The translations under genes and the position numbers were made by a program. 64,000 bases of DNA from the NCBI GenBank assembly GCA_963422375.2, contig OY729427.2:1216001-1280000 (forward strand), read 5' to 3'. Each line of letters begins with the position of its first letter. Position 1 is the stretch's first letter. Positions 44,125 through 55,010 of this stretch are shown one piece after another. The notes under the pieces are model-generated. The model saw only the letters and a list, made by a program, of their open reading frames with translations. It was not told where the DNA came from and did no database searches. This DNA comes from Bryobacterales bacterium (GTDB taxonomy: Bacteria > Acidobacteriota > Terriglobia > Bryobacterales > UBA6623).

Positions 44125-45033
44125 TCAGCTTCGCTTGAGCAACCGAGCCGCGTTTCCGAACAGAATCTTTTTCAGTGCGACGGTACCGGGAGCCAGCCGA
44201 CGCACTGCTGCCAAACCATTCGACCCGATACAGCCGCCACCTTCTCCGCTGCTGTCGTTGCAGTCGCTCGCCCAGAGAAGACGGTCCTGGTGCCGCTCAA
44301 GGAAACCGGCGGCGTGTTCTTCGTCGCGCAGCATCGAATTCAGACCGGAGCCGGCAGACAGATCCCCATACATGTTCGGGTAGTCGGACAGCAATCGGTC
44401 CGTGATGCCTCCGGCGGTCACAGGGGAGCGGGGATACATCACCTCCTGGACGTGGTTGGCATCGATGTTGCCCCACCACGTCTGCGCGTGCCCGATAAAG
44501 TTGACCTCCGGAAACTTCACAAGCATCGTGTGGAATCGGTCGATGCCCATGTTGTAGGCGTCGTGCTGAAAGTGAATGAGAACCGGCACGTCGAAATCCC
44601 GCGCTATGGAGTAGACCACCTGCATGGCCTCCGAATCGCAGTCGACAGGGAACTTCTGCTCACCTATGCCGAGCGCTCCGAGTTCCAGATACTTAGTCAG
44701 AACCCGACGGGTCCCGGGTATGTCCGGAAGTTCGTTCGCGAAGAAGACGTACTCGTCCGGGAAGCGGCGCGCCAGTTCGACGACCGAATCGTTGCCTAGC
44801 GCCTCGGCGGCCAGACCGTACCGCGAGCCGGCCGGGAGCAGAACGGTCAGATCAACTCCCATCGCTCGCTGGTGGGCAACCAGTTCGTCGTCCGAACGCC
44901 CTTTATAGTTGGTGTGCTGATGGAAGTCAATGACCCGGACTCGAGGGTCCCCAAATGCGGAGTCCGGCTCCAGATTCGTGCATGCAGTCGCGGCCGCGGA
45001 AACAGTCGCAAAGAAGTCCCGGCGACGGATCAT
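44125..45033 (-). CDS. Amidohydrolase_2 family metal-dependent hydrolase, Tat-exported
   Basis: RRDFF Tat motif, IDFHQH, GIGEQK, VLIH, FIGH, WASD. Confidence 0.9.
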   Translation of the reverse strand: MIRRRDFFATVSAAATACTNLEPDSAFGDPRVRVIDFHQHTNYKGRSDDELVAHQRAMGVDLTVLLPAGSRYGLAAEALGNDSVVELARRFPDEYVFFANELPDIPGTRRVLTKYLELGALGIGEQKFPVDCDSEAMQVVYSIARDFDVPVLIHFQHDAYNMGIDRFHTMLVKFPEVNFIGHAQTWWGNIDANHVQEVMYPRSPVTAGGITDRLLSDYPNMYGDLSAGSGLNSMLRDEEHAAGFLERHQDRLLWASDCNDSSGEGGGCIGSNGLAAVRRLAPGTVALKKILFGNAARLLKRS

Positions 45034-45237
45034 TCGTTAGGGGCCTAGCATCGCAGTGCTCATTCAAGCCGAGCAACGCTAGCGTATCAGAGCACCAGCA
45101 CGTGCGCAAGACGGATCCGGCGGGTCGGGCACGCACTCCGCCGCCCACCGCGTCCCCCAATCGAATGGGGATCATATGCGCAATTGCCCGAATCCGGCTT
45201 GGCAGCCGAGTGCCTAGCGCCTGCGGCTCGGGAACAC

Positions 45238-46190
45238 CTTAGCAAGGGCTCGATCACTCGCCTTGCGCGCTCGTCTCGTAGCTTGTCGATCAGCTGGTCC
45301 AGCTGCACGACCGGCCAAGAGATGAGAGCTGTTCCGCTTTGATCAGATCTTCCGTGGGGACCGACCGCTTGCGGCCCTTGCCGACCGGTCTTCGGAAGCA
45401 CGACCGATGGCAAAGGGCATACACCAGCCATGGCTGGCCCTGCATCCGGACCCACAGGTGCTCCGTCGCCTCGGCCGAGAACGTCCTCCCCGTCTCTGCC
45501 GTGTACTGCCGCAGCAGGTCCGCCACTTCCATCCGGCTGCGGTCGCCGACCCGCAGCGACTTCGCGCTGATGTTGAAGGCGCTGCCGCTCAGGACGACGT
45601 CGCCCGTCGATCCCGAGCGGATGAGGCAGTAGCGCAGGTCGCGCACCCCTCTCAGGACGACGCTCTGCGGGAAGCTCCTCGGACGCAGGGGATAGCGTGA
45701 GTACAGCTGCCGCAGCACCGAGATCGGCGCGTCGCCCACGAAAGAGTCGATCTCGTCAGCCAGCAGCATTCAGGGGGAGCGGGTCGGCAGCCGCCCAGAG
45801 GGAGAGGATTTCTGCCAAGGCATCGCCGGGCCCGGAGCTCTCCGATGCCGCCCGCTGCTCGTGCTGCACGAAGGTGTCGCCCAGGGACAGCCGGGTGGAT
45901 CTGTGCACTGTGCCGAGCACTGATCGCATGGCGACCCGCGCGGCCTCGCGCATCGCCTGGCCGCCCTCCACATTGAGGTAGACGCAGCAGTTGTGGCCAC
46001 TCGACCCGCTGTTGAGCAGATCCTGCAGCACCAGCAGCGCCGCTTGCCTGACGGGCGCAGGGCGCGCAGGATGAAGCACTCCCGCTGGCAGATCATCCAG
46101 AAGACACCGTTGAGGTCGATCCGCCGGAGGGGGCGGGATGCAGAAGTAGCGCGCGGCAATGACGGGACCATCAGCGTTGGAGATCCGCTT
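45238..46190 (-). pseudogene. Degenerate copy of the adjacent AAA ATPase-nuclease gene
   Basis: Frameshifted homology: RIDLNGVFWMI, LQDLLNSG, DEIDS, RSFPQS, QGQPWLV, QLDQLIDKLR. Confidence 0.85.
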
Positions 46191-46645
46191 GCCAGCTAGC
46201 AGGGGTCGTCCCTTATCGAACGCGGCGATGCGGGCGCCCGGGCCATCCTGCGTTGGAGTCCGCGCTGCACGCGGTACCTGGCAGGCCGGTTACTGGCCGG
46301 CGATTCTGGCGGCAGTGACGTCAGCGCATTCGAATTGGACGCAGCAAGCTGCTTGGTGCTTGGTCTCGCGCCGGTAGCCGCATCGGCAAGGAGCCGTTGT
46401 CGTGCTGACAGGCTTGCATTCCGACAATCCCGCATGAGCCCGAACCTCAAGGCAGACCGGCCAAGAGGCACCCGTCCGCCGAGCCCGCAACCGGCGGAAG
46501 GCTCTACCGCTTCGTTCGCAACAAACCCGGGTGCCGCCCAAGATGCGGGCCGAGGGCGACGGGTCGCAGCTCCTGCCCGAGGAGGGCTCAAGACCAAGCA
46601 GTATCCGCAGTCGTCACGCCGTCGGGACGAACGGAGACGTGCTTC

Positions 46646-48223
46646 TCAAGCTCCCCAGACATGGATGGTCTTGCCGTCGCAGCTCTCGCTGCGACGGAAC
46701 AGCTTCTGGCTCCACGGCTTGTCGCTGCGGTCGAACACGACGAGATGGCCGGCCTCCGCGTCGCAACGGTCCATGTACCGCGCCGTCTGCTCCAGGCCCT
46801 CGCGCACCGTGGCCTCCAGGCCCCGATGCAGCAGCTTGCACTCCACGACGAACTTCCGCTCGCGCCCTCCTTGCGGCCACAGCACCAGCAGGTCCGTGCG
46901 CCCGCGGCCCAGGCCGTACTCCCGCTCGATGCGGCCCCCACCGTTCACCACGCGCTGCAGGTACGCCTGCAGCAGCAGTTGCGCGCCTGCCTCCTTGTAG
47001 TCGTAGCGCGCGATCCAGTGCTCGGCGTTCTGCCGGAAGAACTCCCGGAAGCCTGCCAGCAGCCCTTCCATGTCGAGGCCACCGCCTGCGGTGACGTACC
47101 AAGCGGCCTGCACGCCCAGGACTTGCTGCGTTACCGCCGTCAGCTCCCGCGGCACCACCTCGGCGTAGATCGGATTGGCGACGCGCACAGGCGGGTCCAG
47201 CGCGACCAGCCCCAGATCCCTCGCGTACTCCAAGTCTTCCTGGCCGAAGTCGCCCGCCGCCGATCCGCTGAGCACGGGTTCGATCACCCGCCGCACGCGC
47301 TCTTCCCGCAGCTTGTCGGCCAGCTGGTCCAGATGCACGACGCGCCGCAGGATCAGGGCCTCTTCCGCCTCGATCAGGTCTTCCGTCGCGACCGACCGAT
47401 TGCGGTCCCTGCCGGCCTCGCTTTCGAAGCATGCCTGGTGGCACAGGGCGTTCACCAGCCAAGGCTGGCCCTGGGAGCGGCTCCACAGGCGCTCCGTCGC
47501 CTCTGGCGAGAACGCCTGCCCCGTCTCGCCCGTGTACTGCCCCAGCAGGTCCGCGACATCCTCCCGGCTGAAGTCGCCGACCCGCAGCGACTTCGCGCTG
47601 ATGTTGAACGCGCTGCCACCCAGAACGAGATCGCCGGTCGATCCCGAGTGGATGCGGTAGTCGCGCAGGTCGCACACCCCGCACAGGACGATGCTCTGCG
47701 GAAAGCTCCCCGGACGCAGGTGGTAGCCCGAGCGCAGCTGCCGCAGCACCGAGATCAGCGTGTCGCCCACGAGGGAGTCGATCTCGTCAACCAGCAGCAC
47801 CAAGGCGCGGGGGTCAGACTCCGCCCAGAGGCTCAGCGTTTCCATGAGAGCTCCGTCAGGGCCGTAATCCTCAAGGGCCCGACGCCATGCCCCATCGACG
47901 AAAGCGTCCCCTATTCCTCGCCGAGCGCTACCGGCCAACGCGCCGAGAATGGCTCGCATCGCCCGCCGGGTGTCTTCCCTGCCCGCCTGGCCCGTTTCCA
48001 CATTGACGTACACGCAGCGGTAGTCGCCATGCGACCCGCTGTTGAGCAGATCCTGCAGCGCCAGCAGGGCCGATGTCTTGCCCGACTGCCGCGGTGCGTG
48101 CAGGATGAAGTACTTCCAATGACGGATCAGCCAGAGGACGTCGTCGAGGTCGATCCGCCCGAGCGGCGGGAGGCAGTAGTGACGCTCGGGCATTACAGGG
48201 CCCTCGGTGTTGAAGATCCGCAT
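46646..48223 (-). CDS. AAA (AAA_35-like) ATPase with C-terminal PD-(D/E)XK nuclease
   Basis: FNTEGP, HAPRQSGKT, LLVDEID, SAFNI, GQPWLVNA, REYGLGRGRTDL..VVECK. Confidence 0.9.
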   Translation of the reverse strand: MRIFNTEGPVMPERHYCLPPLGRIDLDDVLWLIRHWKYFILHAPRQSGKTSALLALQDLLNSGSHGDYRCVYVNVETGQAGREDTRRAMRAILGALAGSARRGIGDAFVDGAWRRALEDYGPDGALMETLSLWAESDPRALVLLVDEIDSLVGDTLISVLRQLRSGYHLRPGSFPQSIVLCGVCDLRDYRIHSGSTGDLVLGGSAFNISAKSLRVGDFSREDVADLLGQYTGETGQAFSPEATERLWSRSQGQPWLVNALCHQACFESEAGRDRNRSVATEDLIEAEEALILRRVVHLDQLADKLREERVRRVIEPVLSGSAAGDFGQEDLEYARDLGLVALDPPVRVANPIYAEVVPRELTAVTQQVLGVQAAWYVTAGGGLDMEGLLAGFREFFRQNAEHWIARYDYKEAGAQLLLQAYLQRVVNGGGRIEREYGLGRGRTDLLVLWPQGGRERKFVVECKLLHRGLEATVREGLEQTARYMDRCDAEAGHLVVFDRSDKPWSQKLFRRSESCDGKTIHVWGA

Positions 48224-48799
48224 GCCCCCGCCAATGTCCGTCCATCATGGTAGCGGGCGGCGCAGGCGCGAAAGGCAGCCCATATCGGCGTCGGAGCCGC
48301 CAGCCGACGCCGGCAGACCGGTGCCCGGGATGCGGCCATGGCGGCAGAGCCGCCGGCGCATTCGAACGGGAAGCGCGAAGAATTCCGGCGATCAGTCACG
48401 CTCCGCAGCAGGCAAGGGCCAAGAGCCGGTATCGCGCTGGGCAGCCTGGATTCCGGCGAACCGCTGGCACACGAGCCACATGCGCGACTGGGCCGGCGGC
48501 ACTCGGCTGCCTGCCAATGCAGGGTGGCCCCCAGCCGAGCGAGACGGTCACACGGAATGACAGCGAATCGGGCGCGGTGCTGTGGGGAGTTCGGAACGGC
48601 AACGCCGTGCCGCGGGCCGCTGCTCGGCCCTTGGCCACAACGCGCGGAATGCGGCGCCGCGCTTCTCGCGACGAACCTGAGTGCCGCCCGGGCTGCAGTC
48701 GGATGGTGCCGCGTCGCAGATCCTGCTCGTGAACCACGCAAGACCCAGGAGAGTCCGCCGCCTCCCCCGAGGCGGCGGACCGGACGGAGACGCGGGCCT

Positions 48800-49200
48800 C
48801 CAGGTCCTCGTACGTGGACCCGCTTCGGTCGCGGGTCGCGCTGCGGCGGGACAGGTGCCGGCCCCACTGCCCGCCGCTACAGCAGAGACCGACCAAGATG
48901 GCTACCGGCCACGCCGCGGCGTCCCCTGTACCGCGCCGTCTGCTCTGCGCCCGCGCACGCCATGCCCTCCGGCCTCCCGGAGCGGCAGCTTGCATCCCCC
49001 ACGAACTGACACTCGGGCCCTCCCTGCTGCCAGAACGACGGCAGGTCAGTGCGGCCGCCACCGAGGCCCTGCTTCGGCTCGATGCGGCCGCCGGACACCG
49101 CGCGCAGCAGGCGCGCCTCGTGCAGGGGTGCGCTCGTCTCCTTGGAGCCGTAGGGCGCGATTCAGTTCTGTGACTGCTGCCGGATTGCGCGGCGGATAGG
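48800..49200 (-). pseudogene. Highly degenerate C-terminal fragment of a third AAA-nuclease copy
   Basis: GGRIEPKQGLGGGRTDL..WQQGG..EQTARYRGR..GSHL matches GGRIEREYGLGRGRTDL..WPQGG..EQTARYMDR..AGHL. Confidence 0.65.
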
Positions 49201-49697
49201 CGACTGGTTGTATTCCTCTGGCAGCGAGCGGGAGGGGCCGAACGACGCCCCTCGGGGCGGGCACAGACCTTGGCAGGCTCTGAGAGCTAGCCCGGCCGAG
49301 TGTCCGCAGGCGCGCCGAGGAGGAGCGAACGCCCGAGCCGCATGCGTTTCCGAGGGTGCCCTCCGCGAGCCAATCGGTCGCACGGCGGAATGCGCCGGGG
49401 ATGCCGGAATCGCGGCCTCGGACGGAGGCGCACGGCCCCTCCGCGCGGCCAGGCGCGGCCGGTCGCCTCGCCGCTAGGGGAATCCCGCGCCGAAGGCGGT
49501 GCCGACGGCTCAGACCGGGTGCAGGCGACAGAGCCGAGCGCACGCGGTCGCCGAGAATCCGCGGGCCTTGCCGCGCCATCGAGACCGCGCGCTCCGGGTG
49601 CTGGCGTCGAGCGCCCACCCGCCGCCCACCCTGAGCCAAACCACGCCATTATCCACCCCCACCCCCGACCGCAGAGAGAAGGAGAAGAGAACCACCC

Positions 49698-52600
49698 ATG
49701 ACCCCCAGCAGCATCCCGCGCGCGCTAGCGACCGCCGGCCTGCTCGCCGCCCTGGCCCTCGGCCTCGCCGCCTGCGGCGGGGACGAGCCCGCCCCCGTGG
49801 TGCAGCCGCCCGCGCCCCAGCCCGCGCCCTTCCAGCCCCAGCCCGTCGAGGTCGCCCTCGGCCAGCACGGCGGCAAGCTCACCCTCATGACCAAGGAGGG
49901 CGGCGGCTTCACCCTCAACGGCGAGGACGTCGCCGACGGCGCCCCCGTCACCGGCGAGGAGAACGGCCTCGCCTACAAGCTCGCCCTGGCCGACGGCAAG
50001 TGGGCCGCCGAATACCAGGCCGCCTCCGCCTCCGTCATGCTCGGCCAGCTCGGCGGAACCCTCGCGCTCTCCCAGAACGAGGACAAGACCTGGTCCGCCG
50101 GCGGGGAGGCCCTGCCCGAGAACCTCACCGTCCCCGGCGACAACGGCCTCCACTACAAGCTCGCCCTGGGCGAGGACGGCGCATGGAGCGCCGAATACCA
50201 GGCCGCCTCCGCCTCCGTCATGCTCGGCCAGCTCGGCGGAACCCTCGCGCTCTCCCAGAACGAGGACAAGACCTGGTCCGCCGGCGGGGAGGCCCTGCCC
50301 GAGAACCTCACCGTCCCCGGCGACAACGGCCTCCACTACAAGCTCGCCCTGGGCGAGGACGGCGCATGGAGCGCCGAATACCAGGCCGCCTCCGCCTCCG
50401 TCATGCTCGGCCAGCTCGGCGGAACCCTCGCGCTCTCCCAGAACGAGGACAAGACCTGGTCCCTGCCCGGCGGGGAGGCCGCCGACGGCGCCCTCGTCGG
50501 CGACGCCGGCGGGCCCCAGTACCGCCTCGCCCAGAACGAGGACGGCGCCTGGGCCGGCGCCTACGTGCCCCGCAGCGCCTCCGCCGCCCTCGGCACGCTC
50601 GGCGGCACCCTCGCGCTCGACGTGGCCGAGGACGGCTCCGCCTGGCTCGGCGGCGAGCCCCTCGCCGCCGGCCGCGAGGTCGCCGGCCCCGCCAACGGCC
50701 TGCAGTACCGGCTCGCCCAGGGCGAGGACGGCTCCTGGGCCGGCCAGCACGTGCCCGCCACCCAGCCCGTAGCCCTCGGCGGCTCCGGCCGCAGCGTCGA
50801 GCTCGCGCAGGCCGAGGACGGAACCTGGTCCGCGGCCGGCTCCCCCGTCGCCGACGGCGCCGCCTACGCCGACAGCCTCGGCCTCAAGTGGACCCTGTCC
50901 CTGGCCGACGGCAAGTGGGCCGCCGCCCACCAGGCCGCCACCGCCTCCGTCATGCTCGGCCAGCACGGCGGAACCCTCGACCTCGCGCAGGCCGAGGACG
51001 GCTCCTGGACCCTCGCCTCCGGCGAGCCCGTCCCCGCCAAACTCACCGTCCCGGTCGCCGGCTACGACAACGCCTACGCCGTCACCCGCGACCCCGCCAC
51101 CGGCGAATACTCCGCCGCCTACGTCCGCGACGACTCCCAGAGCGGCTCCCAGGCCGTCGCCGTCGGCCTCGCCGGCAGCCTGCAGCTCTACCGCGCCGAG
51201 GACGGCTCCTGGTCCGCCTCGCCCGAGCCCGGCGGCGACCCCGTCGCCCACGGCCACGTCCACCCCGCCGCCTCCGGCGACGCCTACGCCCTCTCCCTCG
51301 ACGACGCCGGCAACTGGTCCGCCGCCTTCCAACCCGCCGACGTCGAGGTGCGCGGCGCCCCCCTCGCCGCCAGCACCCTCGAGGGCGGCGCCGGCTGGAC
51401 CCTCTCCGACCCCGCCTCCGGCGCCTCCGCCGAGCTCGCCGCCTCCGGCGACGCCGACATCCAGGGCAGCCTCTACCGCGTCCTCCAAACCGACGACGGC
51501 TCCCTCCTCGCCGATCGCTACGACCTCCCGATCAAGGGCAGCCCGTTCACGGCCGACCTCAAGGGCGACGCCGCGCGGCCCGCCCTGAAGGCCGACGACC
51601 GCGACACCCCCGCCGACGAGGGGGGCACCGAGCTCATCCTGGCCGGCACCTCCTTCGACGTCGGCGCGCTGCTCGACTCCGGCGCGGCCGACATGCCGGG
51701 GCCCAACATGATCGCCGAGGCCCGGGACGAGATGGCCAAGCTGCGCGACCAGGTGAGCGCGCTGGTGGACCTGTTCAAGGACGACGGCCTGACCAGGGCA
51801 GGGCTGGGAACCGAGCTGGGCAGGAAATGGGAAGCCGCGCAAAAGGTGGTCGACGGCGTCCTGAACGGCTCCGAGCAGCTGGACAGGGTCGACACGCCCA
51901 CCCGCGTCGTGGGGGCCTTCGACGAGCTCGTCGACGCGCTCTCGACCGAAGACGCCTTCGTCGCGGCCACGGCCGAGGACGGCGGCGGCGTGTTCGAGGA
52001 CTACGCGGTCAAGGCCGCCGACGCCGTCAAGGCGTACGGCCGCTCCGCGTGGGAGGCCAAGGCCGCGCTGGGCACCCTCGGGGGCACGCGCTTCGGCGCC
52101 GTCCACCGCCGCGACCGCCAGCATGCCGAGCAGGGCACCCCCAACCAGAACGAGAGGGTCCAAGCCTTCGCCTTCGCCACGGTCGAGCCCACCCGCCGCG
52201 CCAGCGCCATGCAGGCCTCGGGCAACGCCTACTACGAGGGCCGGACGGTGGCGGTCGACACCGGCCGCAACTTCTACGAGGGCCGGATCGAGCTGCAGGT
52301 GCGCTTCGCCAGCGACAAGGTCAGCGGCATGGTGACCGACCTGCAGTCGGACGAGGGCGCCTGGGAGCACGGCGTCGGCGGCGCGGTGGAGCGCATCTTC
52401 CTCCCGGACGCCGCGCTGCGCCGGACGCTGACGTGGGACAAGAGGAACGGCCTAGCCCGCCTCTCCTACGGGGCGGCCGCGGGCTCCTTCCGCGACGTCG
52501 ACGTGAGCGGCAGCGCCTTCCAGGGCACCCTGCTGGGCCGCGGCGACGAGGCCGGCGAGCAGGCCGTAGGAACCTGGGATGTCGGCGGCAAGATCGCCGG

Positions 52601-54209
52601 CGGCTTCGGGGCCGAGCGCGGCGCGGACCGCATGGACCCGGGCTCGACCCTGATCGAGGACGTGACGACCACCGAGACGGAAGCCCTGCTCGGCACCGCG
52701 AAGACCGAGTTCACCGCGACGGAGCTCTTCCTAAACGATATCTCCGACGGGACCTCCGGCGTCACGCGGGACTACAAGCTGAAGCTCGACCAGCTGTTCG
52801 GGGACGGCTACGAACTCGTAGGCGAGGACGAGGACACGCTCTGGGCGCAGCAAGAGCTGCGCAAGGGCACGCATGTCGCCGAGGCCAAGAAGGAGATCAC
52901 CAAGCTGCGCAACAACTACCAGAAGTGGATCGACTTCATCGACCGCGATTCGAGCGACGCAGACGAGGCAACCGCGCAGGCGGAGAAGGGGAAGCTCCTC
53001 GACTCACTGGCCAACGAGATCGACGAGCACCTCTTCGGTGCCGGGGGCATTTCTTCGGGTTTGGATATCCTGAACGAAGGAAAAGCTTACGACTCCAAGA
53101 CCACCAACGACGCCGAGGTGCTCGCCCGAGTCGACTCGGCGCTCGAGGCCCTGGGGAGCAAGGATGCCCTCGCCGACGCCCTCGCCGACGGCGGCATCTT
53201 CTTCCGCGACTCCGACAACGACGACGACAACGATTTCAACGAAAAGAACGGCGGCCTGTCCCCCGACGCCATCTGGAACAAGCCCTTCTCCAAGGTGCTG
53301 CTGTGGACGGACCGCACGGACTACACCCGCTTCGGTGCCTGGAGGGTGCAGCGCAGCGAGTACGCGGCCGACAACAGCTGGGTAGACCAAGACAACCCCG
53401 ACTGGATGTCCGAGGGAACCTACAAGCAGGGTCGCAATCCGGAGCCGTTCGCCTACAGCCCGCTGCCGACGACAACGTACAGCGGCGTCGGCGAGGCCGG
53501 GTACCCAGGTGACGGGTCCGCCCGCTACGTCGGCACGACGGTGGCGGTCCAGGACACCATCTTCCTGCTGGGAGACGTCACCGCGCGGATGACGTGGGAT
53601 GCGGAGACGGTCGGGGGCGATCTCGTCGTGACCGTCAGCAACCTGCATTCCACCGATCCCGGCTTCGGCCCGCTGCGGCACGGCTACCCTGACTATCCCG
53701 CGAATGCAACCCTTACCAACGGCGATAATCCCGGCGGTCGGCATACGCAGGCTAGGTCCGGCACGTTCAGCATCCAGTCGTTCAGCATCAGAGCGACCGT
53801 CAGCACCAACGCAGACGACGAGGTGGTCTTCGAGGGAGAGCATACCGACGCGAGCTTCCTCAGCAGAATCGAATACGACACGCCCGACGGCAAGGTCCAA
53901 GCGCATGACGCAAGCGGCGCCCCGGGCCACGCACTGATTTGGAACTCCCGGACACAGGCCCATCGAGTGGCCAATGAGAACTACTACGGCCCGGGCAAGA
54001 CGGGGGAAGGCCAGCTGAACGTCGACTCCACGGTTGCCGCATCGGTCGACGGAAGTTTCGTCGGCCGGAACGCCGACGGGCCGATGGGGCTCATCGGAAC
54101 TTGGGTTATCAAATCCTCGTCGAGTAGCTATCCGAACCGCCACCAGATCGGCATCGGGAACACGAGAGCTCCGATCTACGGCGCGTTCGGCGCGGACGTC
54201 GCGCCCTAG
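49698..54209 (+). CDS. Large surface lipoprotein with beta-rich repeats and two TbpB-like barrel lobes
   Basis: Lipobox LAAC (Cys26), Pro-rich linker, about 60-aa W/Y repeats. Two lobes each contain TRFGA, a Y-x-G-x-T-V-A-V strand and a terminal G-x-F-G-A (GGFGAER; GAFGADVAP*). Confidence 0.8.
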   Translation: MTPSSIPRALATAGLLAALALGLAACGGDEPAPVVQPPAPQPAPFQPQPVEVALGQHGGKLTLMTKEGGGFTLNGEDVADGAPVTGEENGLAYKLALADGKWAAEYQAASASVMLGQLGGTLALSQNEDKTWSAGGEALPENLTVPGDNGLHYKLALGEDGAWSAEYQAASASVMLGQLGGTLALSQNEDKTWSAGGEALPENLTVPGDNGLHYKLALGEDGAWSAEYQAASASVMLGQLGGTLALSQNEDKTWSLPGGEAADGALVGDAGGPQYRLAQNEDGAWAGAYVPRSASAALGTLGGTLALDVAEDGSAWLGGEPLAAGREVAGPANGLQYRLAQGEDGSWAGQHVPATQPVALGGSGRSVELAQAEDGTWSAAGSPVADGAAYADSLGLKWTLSLADGKWAAAHQAATASVMLGQHGGTLDLAQAEDGSWTLASGEPVPAKLTVPVAGYDNAYAVTRDPATGEYSAAYVRDDSQSGSQAVAVGLAGSLQLYRAEDGSWSASPEPGGDPVAHGHVHPAASGDAYALSLDDAGNWSAAFQPADVEVRGAPLAASTLEGGAGWTLSDPASGASAELAASGDADIQGSLYRVLQTDDGSLLADRYDLPIKGSPFTADLKGDAARPALKADDRDTPADEGGTELILAGTSFDVGALLDSGAADMPGPNMIAEARDEMAKLRDQVSALVDLFKDDGLTRAGLGTELGRKWEAAQKVVDGVLNGSEQLDRVDTPTRVVGAFDELVDALSTEDAFVAATAEDGGGVFEDYAVKAADAVKAYGRSAWEAKAALGTLGGTRFGAVHRRDRQHAEQGTPNQNERVQAFAFATVEPTRRASAMQASGNAYYEGRTVAVDTGRNFYEGRIELQVRFASDKVSGMVTDLQSDEGAWEHGVGGAVERIFLPDAALRRTLTWDKRNGLARLSYGAAAGSFRDVDVSGSAFQGTLLGRGDEAGEQAVGTWDVGGKIAGGFGAERGADRMDPGSTLIEDVTTTETEALLGTAKTEFTATELFLNDISDGTSGVTRDYKLKLDQLFGDGYELVGEDEDTLWAQQELRKGTHVAEAKKEITKLRNNYQKWIDFIDRDSSDADEATAQAEKGKLLDSLANEIDEHLFGAGGISSGLDILNEGKAYDSKTTNDAEVLARVDSALEALGSKDALADALADGGIFFRDSDNDDDNDFNEKNGGLSPDAIWNKPFSKVLLWTDRTDYTRFGAWRVQRSEYAADNSWVDQDNPDWMSEGTYKQGRNPEPFAYSPLPTTTYSGVGEAGYPGDGSARYVGTTVAVQDTIFLLGDVTARMTWDAETVGGDLVVTVSNLHSTDPGFGPLRHGYPDYPANATLTNGDNPGGRHTQARSGTFSIQSFSIRATVSTNADDEVVFEGEHTDASFLSRIEYDTPDGKVQAHDASGAPGHALIWNSRTQAHRVANENYYGPGKTGEGQLNVDSTVAASVDGSFVGRNADGPMGLIGTWVIKSSSSSYPNRHQIGIGNTRAPIYGAFGADVAP
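50007..50462 (+). repeat. 183-bp in-frame tandem repeat, about 2.5 copies
   Basis: Units start at 50007, 50190 and 50373; identical 61-aa translation. Confidence 0.95.
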
Positions 54210-54262
54210 AGTCAGTGTCCAGCCGGTCGGGAGCGCGTCCGTGCCCGGCCGCCAGAGTCCTC

Positions 54263-54292
54263 GGGGGAGCGGCTAGCCCGCTCCCCCTTTTT
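54263..54292 (+). terminator. Rho-independent terminator of the lipoprotein gene
   Basis: GGGGGAGCGG-CTAGC-CCGCTCCCCC-TTTTT. Confidence 0.9.
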
Positions 54293-54544
54293 CCTTGCCT
54301 CCCCGGTGACGCCGCGTAGCAGCCGGTGTCGGTGACACAACCAGTCGGCCGGACCGATCCCGCTGTCCGCCCGTGATACCACCCGCAACCGGTAGGCACC
54401 AGCGAAGGCGGCGTCCGCAAGGCATGTCGCCGACTGCGTCCGAACGTCTCTCCCCGCGTGCCCGGAAAGGGAAAGGTGATTCCCCGGGGCTCCCCAGCGT
54501 GCGGCGTGCCCGTCCTAGGGAAGCGGCCTGGTGCGAGGGGACTT

Positions 54545-54995
54545 TCACGGATCCCGACGGACAACGGCTAGGGACGCGAGCAACGACTTCGGCCCACGGT
54601 TCTCCGCTTCCGTCTTCCGCCGGGCGTCGGCTTCCCGCCGGGCTCGCGCTTCCGCGCTCGCCCGCGCAGCCTCGGCCGCCTCCTTCGTCCCTACGGCTTC
54701 CGCGCGCGCCGCTTCAGACACATTGCGCTCCTGCATGAACCGCAAGTGGTTGCGTAACACTCGCCCCGACGCCGCGTCCCATAGACGCAGGTCCAGCCCG
54801 TCCACCCAGGCCTCCAGTTCCAGCACCTCGCTGCGCAGCACCGGACGGCCGTCCCAGCCCCGGCTCAGGAGTTGCGGCGGGTAGCTGCCCGCCGCCGAGC
54901 GCATGCCCTGCAGCCGCTCGGGCATCAGACCGCGTTCCGGGTCGAGCTGCTAGTACTCCCGCGCGCCTAGCCGCAGATACTCCCGCGCCTTGGCT
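54545..54995 (-). pseudogene. Uma2-family endonuclease C-terminal remnant with coiled-coil tail
   Basis: KAREYLRLGAREY*QLDP..LQGMR..SEVLELE..LRLWDAASG plus Ala/Glu/Arg tail; truncated at the IS1380 site. Confidence 0.75.
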
Positions 54996-55010
54996 TGGCG
55001 GGAGTTCTAG

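Noticed and set aside
49499..53512. 1337-aa Arg/Pro-rich ORF and 881-aa antisense ORF
   Set aside because: Shadow frames of the high-GC3 lipoprotein gene.
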